A stretch of 64,000 nucleotides of DNA from Octopus sinensis (Eukaryota): assembly GCF_006345805.1 (NCBI RefSeq), contig NC_043010.1:14756001-14820000 (forward strand). Reading direction: 5' to 3'. The position numbers and the translations under genes are program-made. Positions 26,386-39,346 of the stretch are shown one piece after another. Each line of letters starts with the position of its first letter. Within the stretch, counting starts at the first letter, position 1. Under the pieces are notes generated by a model, which saw nothing but the letters and a program-made list of their open reading frames with translations, had not been told where the DNA came from and made no database searches.

Positions 26386-26762
26386 GGCGGCGAGCTGGCA
26401 GAAACGGGCGAAATGCGTTGCCGTATTTCGTCTGCCGTTACGTTCTGAGTTCAAATTCCGCCGAGGTCGACTTTGCCTTCAATCCTTTCGGGGTCGATTA
26501 ATTTCAATAAGTACCAGTTACGCACTGGAGTCGATATAATCGACTAAATCCGTTTGTCTGTCCTTGTTTGTTCTCTCTGTGTATAGCCCCTTGTGGGTAG
26601 TAAAGAAAACGGTATTTCGTCTGCCGTTACGTTCTGAGTTCAAATTCCGCCGAGGTCGACTTTGCCTTTCATCCTTTCGGGGTCGATTAAATTAAATAAA
26701 TCCGTTTGTCTGTCCTTGTTTGTCTTCTCTGTGTTTAGCCCCTTGTGGGTAGTAAAGAAATA
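26386..26762 (+). mobile_element. SINE-A tandem dimer
   Basis: The second unit begins at ggtatttcgtc (26611) and is internally deleted. Confidence 0.88.
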
Positions 26763-27301
26763 GGTATGTTAGAACCAGTAGGTATTCACACCTTTAAAAA
26801 CAAGGAATACCAGTGGAACACTCAATAAAAACATGAGTTCGGCGCAAACATAACACACTTGATATTGTTCTATGGGACCAGGAACAAAAGTCATGCTGCC
26901 CAGCAGACGTGAATGTGCAATCAAAAGTCCAAGAAAAAGAGAACATTTATGGCGAATTAATGCAAAACTTACAGTGCTTGTAATCTGACTTTGAATTCTC
27001 ATCTGCACCTATTATCAATTTTTAAAAACCCTACGAATACTCAGCTTCACGAAGAAAGAGCAAAAGAAATAGATGCGGTTTCTTCAAATCCAATCTATTT
27101 GTGGCACGTTGAAGATTTGTAAGACATTCCCAAAATTCTCCATCTGAGATTCTTATGTGAATAGACGGATATACTTGGGTATATGCATCGGCAGTTCAAC
27201 CGACACACCAACTCAACCATACACTGAGAACTCTCTTAAATAAAAAAATGTCATATCCCGTTGAACTCTCTCAAGAACTTAAATAAAACTCAATGAAAAA
27301 T

Positions 27302-27665
27302 CATACATACATACATTAACACACACATACATATATACGTACGTACATGCATACATACATACATACATACATACATACATACAGACATATCCATACATAC
27401 ATACATACATACATACATACATACATACATAAATACATACATACATACATATCTGTACATACATAGATACATAGATACATACATAGATACATACATACAT
27501 ACATACATACATACATACATACATACATACATACATACATACATACATACATACATACGTACATACATATCTATACATAGATAGATAGATAGATACATAC
27601 ATACATACATTCATACATACATACATATCTGTACATACATAGATACATAGATACATACATACATA
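27302..27665. repeat. (TACA)n microsatellite
   Basis: Direct reading. Confidence 0.95.
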
Positions 27666-27799
27666 TATATTTGTGTGTGTGTGTGTGTGTAATAAGCAAA
27701 ATATAGTTGATCAGATCAGTGGCTATTATAGAAGCAGTAATGAAATAGTTGATAACCCCGTCAATTTGCCAGAGAACGTAGAATTTTTGTTAACGTTTG

Positions 27800-28260
27800 A
27801 CAACGAGTCAATATTATTTTAGATATGATCTTAGATATGAGTTGTTTATGAATATAGCTGAAATACTGGTTCAGATACGTAACATATGAACGATACTCTG
27901 ATATGGGTTTTATTTGAGCTTGGCAGAAATTGGGTATTAACTGATCAGAGCTGAAATATTTTCTGATCCAGAAGAAGAAACCTAGTCTTTGGAATATAGT
28001 CCTTTCAGTTCATTTTGGTGTAAATGTGATCCACGATTTGTTATAATGCTATAGTATAATTTTAAATGTAGCAAGTACTATGGGAAAGACAATATGCTTA
28101 GACGTAAAGCTGGGTACATATCTTGGTGGGTACATACCTTTGATTTGTATAGTTTTTTTTTGTAAAGGAGAATAATATCCGATCTCTGAAAGGAAATAAA
28201 TAAGAAATCCCTACTTATGAGTTCCTGTTAACCCCCAACTTGAGATATAAGTACTTCAGT
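27800..28260 (-). pseudogene. Highly decayed CR1/L2/Jockey-group LINE RT C-terminus
   Basis: QRLGFFFWIRKYFSSDQLI..CQAQIKPISEY resembles the LGFL.R.RKYFT..QL..LYKAQIRP.LEY motif. Confidence 0.45.
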
Positions 28261-28330
28261 TGGAATTTATAGGCCGCAAGTGCTTGAACCAGAAAACAAA
28301 CCCGCCCTCCCAAGATATGAGTCGTCGTTC

Positions 28331-28651
28331 TTTTTCTCTTGGCTTTATTGAGAAAATTCTATAGTTTGTAAGATATTTGTTGTTGTTTTTTCTTCAATTT
28401 CTGCAATTTCAACCAATCACTGACGTCCATTGAGTTAAAAAACATTCTGTGTCGTATGAATATGTCCCTCGTTTGAGAAACAGATTGGGTTTATTTACAT
28501 TTGTGAAGAAAAAAAGATACCCTTCCCCCCACCCCTAGCCCTAACCCTAAAATAGATTGAATTGCAATAGATCGATACTAGGGTCATATTTATGGGTGAC
28601 AATTTCATATGACACTGCTAGAAAAAACTGCCGTTCAAACCGAAAAGATCC
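28331..28651 (-). mobile_element. One-ended copy of the GGATC-TIR MITE
   Basis: Reverse-complement match to 49617 and 56465; only one TIR is retained. Confidence 0.85.
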
Positions 28652-29372
28652 GAATCCACATCTATTTCTTTTGCTCTTTCTTCGTGAGAACAAAACCCGC
28701 CCTCCCAAGATATGAGTCGTCGTTCTTTTGTTCTTCCTGATGGTGGAATTCTACAGGAAATCCACGTCCTTACGGAGGGATAGATGAAACAAGCAAAAAT
28801 ATATGAAGATATTTATAATCTGAAGATGCGGTCCTTATGCCTATCTCACAGTAGACTTCATTTCCAGTGATAATAAGCTACATACCGGTATTAAAAAGCG
28901 CCATCGCAAGGTTAGATACGGTCATCGTACAACACACTAGGTATTAATAGAAGTTGACATCATGCACTTGTAAGACCTAGGGTTAATAGCCTGCAAGGGG
29001 CTACTCTGCATAAGACGCACATACTTGTAATAAATTGGACTTGAGCTACGTGAACTCAAGTGTCCTGTTCAAGGGTAACAAACGACTCCCACCTAGTTGG
29101 GGAATCGTACTCAAGTTAACCATTAGGCCACGTGTTTCATAAAATAGGAACCATAGTGAAGCAAAAACATACGAAAGGAAGTATTGTATACATAAAAATA
29201 AAGTGTTCCGAAGTGGTGTCTGCATCACTAAATACTTTACAGACGTAAAGCATACACACGCATACATATAACACACGCATACGATCATATATGTACAGAC
29301 AAATATGTACACACACTCACATACACACATACGTAAACACAGTTATAGGACGCATATTCACAAACACACACA

Positions 29373-29783
29373 TACTCTTTTACTCTTTTACTTGTTTCAG
29401 TCATTTGACTGCGGCCATGCTGGAGCACCGCCTTTAGTCGAGCAAGTCGACCCCGGGACTTATTCTTTGTAAGCCCAGTACTTATTCTATCGGTCTCTTT
29501 TGCCGAACCGCTAAGTGACGGGGACGTAAACACACCAGCATCGGTTGTCAAGCGATGCTAGGGGGACAAACACAGACACACAAACACACAAACACACACA
29601 CATATATATATACATATATACGACGGGCTTCTTCCAGTTTCCGTCTACCAAATCCACTCACAAGGCTTTGGTCGGCCCGAGGCTATAGAAGAAGACACTT
29701 ACCCAAGGTACCACGCAGTGGGACTGAACCCGGAACCATGTGGTTGGTAAACAAGCTACTTACCACACAGCCACTCCTGCGCC
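29373..29783 (-). mobile_element. Full-length SINE-B
   Basis: Reverse complement of the 24923-25343 family. Confidence 0.9.
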
Positions 29784-30449
29784 ATGCAAGTACATATGCA
29801 AGTACACAATTATGTAAGGTATTCACTCATGGACATACATACTCCCACATATACACATGGGTGCATACGCACACATACGTATTCATACGCACACATACGC
29901 ATTCATACGCACAACCGCATGCGCATATGTGAGAGCGCAGAATTACTCCTTTGAATGATCATTTTAAATGACTGAATACAGATTTCTATTTTGTTATATA
30001 ATAATATATCTGTAATATATAAAATACCGCTGAAAAAAAAAAGCCGCAGACGAAACAAGTTAAACATAATGAACAACCAGTCAATAGAAAACATATTAAC
30101 TAAAGAAGCAAATATACAAATATTAAGAAAAACAAAAAAAAAAATAAAAAAAAAAAAAAAAAAACCAACGTGAAATTGAAAAAGAACAAAAATACCAATA
30201 AATTAATAAAACTGAAAATAGAAAATATAAAAATTTAACAAATCCAACCATTATCTCCACCATGTGTGAGAATTTAAGTCACTAAGTAGTCCATTGAAAT
30301 TATTATCAACACATACATGACACAGCTGAAATCAAATAAGTTAACAGCATATATATATATGTATGTATATATATATATATATATTATATATATATATACA
30401 TATATATAATGTATATATATATCTATATATATCTATATCTATATATATA

Positions 30450-30496
<47 letters not shown>

Positions 30497-30503
30497 GTAT
30501 GTA

Positions 30504-30537
<34 letters not shown>

Positions 30538-30547
30538 ATGTTGTATA

Positions 30548-30596
<49 letters not shown>

Positions 30597-31576
30597 ATAT
30601 GTATGTATATATAAGTATATATATATGTATGTATATATATATGAAATATGTATAAGTATATTTATATATATATATATATATATAGATAGATAGATATGCA
30701 TATATGTGTGCGAGTGTGTGTATGTGTGTGTGAGTGTGGGTCTTATTAAACGGATGTTGCTCTTTCGAATATTTAAAAAAAAATCTGTATGTCCCTTGAG
30801 TATCTAGTTTAATACAAATTTGACTGAAATAACCACTCATCGATGGTACCATTTATTGGTGGCCTAAACAAAACTAATTCTGACCAACTGAAAGATAAAA
30901 CTTGTTTTTATTTTTTTCATTTTTTTTTCCTTATTATTAGTATTCTTTTTTTATGATTTTTTTTTATCTATGAATGGCAGACAACATTATAAGGTTCATT
31001 TCGCGCTTGAAGTCACGTATGTCGTAGACATAATGAACCACAGAGCTCTGTATGTGTATGTATGTGTGAGTGTGAAGTGTATGTGTGTGTGTGTGTTTGT
31101 GTGTGTATGTGTGTAGGTGGGAAGCAAAAAAAAATCCTGGTTACATTTAAGTGCGCTTGTGCTTGCGTAGACATGTGTATGTATTCCTTCCAATATTTTT
31201 AGTCATAAAATCAAGTTGTCATTGCACTCGTAGTGTGTGTGAGTGTGTGTGTGTGTGCGAGCACGTATGTGTGTGTATTTGATGTATGTCTGTATGTATG
31301 TATGAATGTATGGTGGTAAGTATGCAGCTATATGTAAATGGACATGTATATGTACTCATACAGTTACATTAATATTCTCTTATAATATCTTATAAATTTA
31401 AACGGCGCTGGTCTGTATGGGATATGACTCACGCACCTATACACTCACACGTGTATGCACACATACGCACACACATATCGATGATTTATATAAATTTAAA
31501 TGTCTTCATGGGACATTACCTACATAAACGACATACATATACATCATGTACATCTGCCTGCCTGTCTGTCTGTCAT

Positions 31577-31641
<65 letters not shown>

Positions 31642-31719
31642 GTCAGAAAGAGAGATTAAAAAGAGGCAGATAATGAAGAATAGAGAGAGAAAGGGAGGCC
31701 AATGGGGAGGAACAGAAAT

Positions 31720-31762
<43 letters not shown>

Positions 31763-31763
31763 T

Positions 31764-33190
31764 GTTTCTTTATTAGCCACACAGGGCTGCACACAGACAG
31801 AACAAATTACAAGGTAGAGCTTTTCTTTTAGGGGTAAAAAAGAGCGGGTCGGTTTTCGATCAAAAGGGATCGTAAAAGGAAAGAAAGAGGACAAAAAAAA
31901 GGGGAGGATTTTAAAAAAAGGTGGGGAGAGGGAAAAAAAAGAAAAGGGGAGAGGGAAAAAAAAGTTGATCAATAGGGATCGTAATCACAGAAATGTCAAT
32001 ATGAAGTGTAAAGGGGAGGACAGGTGAGGTTTACCCGTAGAAAGAAAAGCCTACGGAAAAGACCACGGTAACCTCGGTCAATGAAGTCACATGTTATATT
32101 TCTTTTTTTTTTTGCAAATAAGCAACTCTCTGTATTAATTTTTACGGTTCATAAATCATAGTCAGGGTGGCTTCGTCATTCATACGTGCCATCCTTGCTA
32201 CATTCACCCATCTTTTTTTAAAACATTCACTAGACAAAACTTGTCTCTCTACTCTCACTTTCCTCTTCAAGTGATACTTGAAGAAGTTGATGAGAGATTG
32301 ATCAGAGAGGAAAGTGTTTGTCTCTAATCCTTTCAGGCGCGTCCACCAGATACATTCTTTCGCCATAGCCACAAGTATGATAAAAATAGCTCTTCCTTCC
32401 CGTTTGAAGGAAGGAGGCGTGACGATATTAACGATAGACTCGGCTGATAAACCGACACGTCCCACACGTGACAGCAGTCGTTCGACATAAGCTCACAGGT
32501 CGGAAATTGCTGGACACTGCACGATTGCGTGCAGAGCGGTTTCGTCGCTCTGCCCGCATCTCGGGCAGGTCGGCCCCGTGTTTCCCGAGCCATGCCTATA
32601 GAGCTTATCCCGAACGGGTAGCGCTTCTCGGTAGCACCGCCAGGCCAGGGATCTCTGGAAGTTGTCCATAGGTCCCGGGCCGAAAGTCGTTTGAAACAGG
32701 CGGGTCAGGTATTCCTCGTCGACGCCCAGGTTTGCCCCGAGATCGTCGTCGTACCTCCCCTCCACTAATCCTCTATAGAATGCTTTGGTTTTGTTGAAGT
32801 CACTCAAGGTCGACCCGGGACGGCAGAGTTGCTTGAAAGCAAAGCGACACTCGCGGTGCCATTCGCCCTTCCTCGGCCTCTTTTTGATCCACGACTGCAG
32901 CTCGGTCATGGAGACGAGTTGCGGGAATGCGTGCCTCACAAACGGCGACCACACCTGTTCACTGTCGTCTACATAGAGCCGGAGATGTCGCAGTCTCAGC
33001 GCGTGTCTGCGCATCATCAACCACGGCATGTCCAGCCCTCCTTTTAACGGGTGTTGACAGCAAATGGATCGCCTGACCATCGGGACGCATCCTTTCCACA
33101 AGAAGCGGAAGAGAATGCGTTCTAGTTTGGTGATGGTAGGGTCGGGACAAGGTACGACAGTCAGGCGGTAGTAGATGATGGACGCGATGT
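31764..33190 (-). mobile_element. 5'-truncated Tx1/L1-clade LINE in a (GATA)n tract
   Basis: ORF2 C-terminus 33190-32142 with a single in-frame TGA at 32493: LFRFLW..GGL, AWRCYREALPV, CPRCGQSDETALHAIVQC (zf-RVT-like). 3'UTR ends aataaagaaac. (TCTA)n on both flanks. Confidence 0.88.
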
Positions 33191-33218
33191 AGATAGATAG
33201 ATATATAGATAGATATAT

Positions 33219-33251
<33 letters not shown>

Positions 33252-33366
33252 TAGATAGATAGGTAGATAGATAGATATAGATAGATAGATAGATAGATAT
33301 ATATATATATATAGATAGATAGATAGAGAGATAGATAGGTAGATAGATATATAGATAGATAGATAA

Positions 33367-33536
33367 GTTTCTTTATTGGCCACACAGGGCTGCACACAAA
33401 TGGGACAAATTAAAAGGTAGAGCTTTTCTTTTGGGGGATGAAACAAACAAAAAAACAAAAGAAACAAAAAAAAGGGGTGGCGTAGGTTTTCGATCAAGAG
33501 GGATCGTAAAAGGGAAGAAAAGAACAAAAAAAAAGA
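33367..33536 (-). mobile_element. Second 3'-end copy of the same Tx1 family in the same (GATA)n tract
   Basis: Similar to 31764-31920; flanked by gata repeats. Confidence 0.85.
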
Positions 33537-33549
33537 ATAGATAGATAGT

Positions 33550-33593
<44 letters not shown>

Positions 33594-33605
33594 GAGATAG
33601 ATAGG

Positions 33606-33646
<41 letters not shown>

Positions 33647-33966
33647 TCAAATGAAGTCAAATGAAGTCATCTTTTCTGGCAGTGATTGAAAAGGGTCCGA
33701 TCGGTTTTATATTGAGACATTCATTAAGGATTAACTTCACTCTCAACAGCTAAAGTTAGCAAATGATACATTTTGTTGAAAAGCTTAAACACTGGAACTA
33801 ATGTAAGGGTGCCAAAATGTCCGTATGTGGGCATGTCCTGGGTGTGACCTTAAACTACATCTTTTAGTGAGACCCAGTTCGGGTGTTTGTGTTGTGAGGC
33901 AGTTGGAATCATCCCTTAATTACCATTATTCTTCAGTCAGTTCTGATCCGGAACCTGTCAGGTACC

Positions 33967-34376
33967 TATTTCTTTATTACCCACAAGGGGCTAAACACAG
34001 AGGGGACAAACAAGGACAGACATAGGTATTAAGTCGATTACATCGACCCCAGTGCGTAACTGGTACTTAATTTATCGACCCCGAAAGGATGAAAGGCAAA
34101 GTCGACCTCGGCGGAATTTGAACTCACAACGTAACGCGGACGAAATACCTATTTCTTTATTACCCACAAGGGGCTAAACACAGAGGGGACAAACAAGGAC
34201 AGACATAGGTATTAAGTCGATTACATCGACCCCAGTGCGTAACTGGTACTTAATTTATCGACCCCAAAAGGATGAAAGGCAAAGTCGACCTAGGTGGAAT
34301 TTTAACTCACAACGTAACGCAGACGAAATACCGCTAAGCATTTCGCCCGGCGTGCTAACGATTCTGCCAGCTCGCC
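33967..34376 (-). mobile_element. SINE-A tandem dimer with TSD
   Basis: tgtcaggtacc duplicated at 33956-33966 / 34377-34387; internal junction at about 34150. Confidence 0.92.
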
Positions 34377-34863
34377 TGTCAGGTACCGTTTATGAGTTAA
34401 ATAGATTTACCAAAGGTGGAGAAGACTCTTGTGACTTTTGACGAAGAGTCGTGGGAAGCAGCTGTTGTAGGAGAAAGATACTCAGACATAAAACTTCTCG
34501 TACCGGTTATCTTCCGATGCTTGCCACAGGAATCTATTATGGTGACCGAAAGAGTAGCAAAAGTGTTGTTTAAGCTTCTGTCACCGATAGCTCACTGCTC
34601 ATTTCTGAATGTGAGGTGACTATCATCTGGCAAGTTCAGACGAATACTCTACAATGTCATTCTAATAATCCTTTCTGCTATAGGCGTAAGGCCTGAAATT
34701 TGAGGAATGAAGTGTGAGTCGATTACATCGACCCCATTGCGTAACTGGTACTTATCTTATCAACGCTGAAAAGCATGGATGGCTAAGTTGACCTCGGTGT
34801 AATTTGAACTCAGAATGTAAAGAAGGAAGACATGCGGCTAAACATTTACGAACGTACTTCCAT

Positions 34864-35100
34864 CCTCGGAATTTTCCAGAAAGTCCCTCCTTTCTTCGGA
34901 ACTTTCCAGGAAGGCCCCGCGGAAATTTCCAGGAAGTCACCTCCTCAGAACTTTCCAGGAGGTCCTTCCTCCTCTACCCTCCTCGGAACTTTCTAGGAAG
35001 TCCCTCCTTGGAATTTTCCAGGAACCCCCCCCTCGGAACTTTCCAGGAAGTCTCTCCCCTCCTCGGAAATTTCAAGGAAGTTATTCCTCGTCGGAACTTT
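34864..35100 (+). repeat. Minisatellite, about 9 copies of core cggaactttccaggaag with variable C-rich spacers
   Basis: Direct reading. Confidence 0.85.
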
Positions 35101-35114
35101 TTAAAGCCTGGTTT

Positions 35115-35400
35115 TTAATCTATCGTTCTCTTTGCAGAACTGTAACTGGGGCGTAAAGACACAAACACCGGTTGTCAAGCGCTGTGGGAGGAAACATAGA
35201 CACAAGAACATACATATACACACGTACACGCGCGTGTGCACAGAGGCTTCTTTCAGTTTCCGTCTACCAAATCCACTAACAAGGCTTTAGTCGGCCTTAT
35301 AGTAGAAGATCTTTAACCGAGGTGTCAGGCATTGAGACAACCCGGAACTATGCGGTTGAGAATCAAACTTACAAAACAAACACGACAGGTACATGTTCAT
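35115..35400 (-). mobile_element. Degenerate SINE-B
   Basis: cagtttccgtctaccaaatccac and ccggttgtcaagcg match SINE-B. Confidence 0.7.
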
Positions 35401-35662
35401 CACTCCTGTCACAACCTGGGACCTTGAAGACTGCTTTAATGCAAGAAAGTATACTAGTCCCTTAATATTTTATATTCAATATTTCATCTATTCAACAAGA
35501 CAATCAATACTTCGTTTCATTTTACTATATATATATTATTTATACTATATATTCTATATTCTACATTAATATTATAAAGAATATAAATAAAACATAAAAA
35601 ACAGAGTTGGAATTCCTTTAAATAATATATATATATAGATAGATAGATATACACACACACTC

Positions 35663-35695
<33 letters not shown>

Positions 35696-35703
35696 ATAAT
35701 ATA

Positions 35704-35738
<35 letters not shown>

Positions 35739-35818
35739 GCTAGATAGATAGATAGATACATTAATATTATATAGAATATAAATAAAACAAAAGAACGGCG
35801 TTGGAATTTCTTTGAATA

Positions 35819-35853
<35 letters not shown>

Positions 35854-35870
35854 ACATGCATATACATACA

Positions 35871-35902
<32 letters not shown>

Positions 35903-38071
35903 TATATTATATATATATATACATATATACATATATACATACATACATACATACATGTCTATATCTGTGGGGGGTGTATGTATGTATGCATGACTGGTTA
36001 CCTCTGCAATTAAGAAGTTCGAAACTGGTTGTAATTTGTCAACCTCGTTGCTGAGATAACATCTATACATGATATAGATGGAGAAACGAATTGATTGTTT
36101 CTTATTTCCATACTCCTCTGTGAATAGTCTGTTGTCGAATTTAGGAAGCAAACGATATATTTCTCGCAATTTTCGTCTTAGAAATCATCGTTGTGCAGTG
36201 TTTCGTTAAGCAGACGACATGTCTTTTCGTCTGTAATGGCCGTTCAGTGTCTCATTAACCAAGCGTCGTATATCTCTTCATCTCCTATGAATTGTTTGTG
36301 GATTCGTTAACCACATTACGATAACGTCCATTTTCAATGAGCGTTTAGAGTCAGAAAATAATAATCTCTCTTCACCCTCCTCAACAACCGTTCACAGTTT
36401 CAATAAGCAGAATGCATAATTCTCTTTTCCAACTCTAAATGTTTCCCTTCACAAATCTCAAGGGTCAGTAGGAATGGCTCTTCATTCCGGTTTCTATAAC
36501 ATTAAGTGGATCAGAAATAAATTTACTTGTGTACATGACGGAAGCTAATCTATCGAAGATATTATACCCATAAATTCGGCTACAGTTAAGAATACGGAGA
36601 CAAACACGTTTAATGTGTTCTGCCCGGACATTGAAGGAAATTTTTCGAGTCGTGTAACTGTTCCATCGAGTGAAAAATTAAGATCAGTAATGAAAAAGAA
36701 TCCCTTATCTTCACATAGTTTACCGATGTAGAAACATTTCTTTCACTTGCTTCAACGGATAAATAAACGGATAAATAATTATGTTCATTAATGAAAGAAA
36801 CGGAATTCTGCCTTCACATGGTTTATACTTCATCATAGTTTTTAATATCTACAAAATCTCTTTTAAGCAGGTCTGAAAGTGTCAATGCCTTATTGGATAT
36901 TCATCTAAATGTAATTCTTTTCCCCTCGTATTACTTTACATAATTCTTTCAGAAATAATATCCCTTGTTCTCTACTGACATATAAATGTGCCTTTGTTAT
37001 TTCTTTCATTTTAAAGTCTAAGTGAATCCGTGTCCGCATTTACGGCTTGTGTTGAGGAAATTTTCAATAACATGTTTTTCACTACTGCGATTATGTACAT
37101 ACGCAAGTATGTACGTACGTACGTACGTACGTATGTATGTATGTATGTATGTATGTATGTATGTATGTATGTATGTATGTATGTATGTATGTATGTATGT
37201 ATGTATGTATGTATGCATGTATGTATGTACGTACGTACGCACGCATGTATGTATGTAATATGTATGTATTAGACGTATAATTTACAGGTTATGTAGCCTA
37301 TAACATTACCATCGGCATTGTCGCTGATGTTGCTACGGTCATCAGAGCAGCTATCTATATTGCTTTTATCGTTACTGTAGTTATTGCTCGAAATAGCATT
37401 GTTGTTGTTGGTGTTGATATATATGATGGAATTATTACTGCTATTTGGATATTTATTTAGAATAAACTGAATTATTCGTATTGCCTTGTCTCTCTCCTCT
37501 CTTTCCCGTGAGGGAGTATGATCGTAGCCATTGGCTATGAGAAATATCTACAACTGTCACTTCGGCAGCCATTTTAGATTTCATTTTCTGCCGTTAAGAC
37601 AGATACAAACAAAATTAGCAATATTCAATCTTCTAAATAGCAAAGATGTATAACTATTGAATTCTTCGCCTTTCTTTCTCGCTAAAACGGCAATAAAACA
37701 AACACCAAATTTAAGTTACGTTAAACAAAACAATTATTGTAACAAGGCAAAGAAACAGCTGCATCAAAACATGTTGTTTTTCAACAGATCAATACAAGAA
37801 CAAGGACAAGAACAACAGCAGCAACGACTACGACGACGACTATGACAACAACAACAGCAGCAGCAGCAGCAGCAGCAGCAATAACAACAACATTGTAAGC
37901 AATGACAACAATTGATTCAAACATAAACATAAGGCCACACATTTGGAAGTAGAAAAGTTAGCTGATTAAACCCTCCCCCAGAACTTTATTCTATCAACCC
38001 TGGAAGGATGAAGGGGAAAGTTGATCTCAGAGAGATTTTACCTCATGGCATATATAACCTGAATAAATACC

Positions 38072-38486
38072 TATTTCTTTACTACCCACAAGGGGCTAAA
38101 CACAGAGGGCACAATCAATGACAGACAGACGTATTAAGTCGATAACATCGACCCCAGTGTGTAACTGGTGCATAATTTATCGACCCCGAAAGGATGTAAG
38201 GCAATGTCGACCTCGGCGGAATTTGAACTCAGAACGTAACGGCAGACGAAATACCTATTTCTTTACTACCCACAAGGGGCTAAACACAGAGAGGACAAAC
38301 TAGGACAGACATAGGTATTAAGTCGATTACATCCACCCCAGTGCGTAAATGGTACTTAATTTATCGACCCCGAAAGGATGAAAGGCAAAGTCGACCTCGG
38401 CGGAATTTGCACTCAGAACATAACGGCAGACGAAATACCGCTAAGCATTTCGCCCGTCGTGCTAATGTTTCTGCCAGCTTACCACC
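38072..38486 (-). mobile_element. SINE-A tandem dimer with imperfect TSD
   Basis: taacc[t/g]gaataaatac duplicated on both flanks; internal junction at 38255. Confidence 0.9.
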
Positions 38487-38844
38487 TTAACCGGAATAAA
38501 TACGGTGAGTCCCTTCATTGGATACTTTAAACATTCAGCTGATCCGCTTCCCCTTAATAATAATTGGTGGCATAAGCATAAATCCAGACATTTGGTGGTA
38601 GTTGGAGTATATGCTATTCGATAATAATGGATTTCGAATTTTGGCGCAATGCCAGCAAGTTCGGGGATGCGGTAAGCCGATTACAATCGACCTCAGACTT
38701 CAACCGGGATTTATTTTATCGACCCCGAAAAGATGGAAGGTAAAGTCGACCTCGGCGGAATTTAAACTCAGAACACAAAGGCGGACGAAATGCCTCCAAG
38801 CAATTTCCACCTTGTGATAACGACTCTACCAGTTCACTGTCTTT

Positions 38845-39346
<502 letters not shown>

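Larger units (their letters stand above)
25345..27300 (+). mobile_element. Older R4/Dong-like LINE remnant interrupted by SINE-A insertions
   Basis: AFAVPVL..GILDW..LDVKFRK..GGGRG; VEDI..IISCPKLS; DIVLWDQ..KVQEKENIY. Homologous to 8700-9800 but divergent. Confidence 0.7.

Noticed and set aside
32493-33527. 344-aa ORF as a host gene
   Set aside because: The first about 110 residues come from a Tx1 3'UTR copy and (GATA)n; the rest is Tx1 ORF2 with a premature stop.
33661-34660. Host exon interrupted by the SINE-A dimer
   Set aside because: After removing the SINE and one TSD copy, I found no long open frame on either strand by manual translation.
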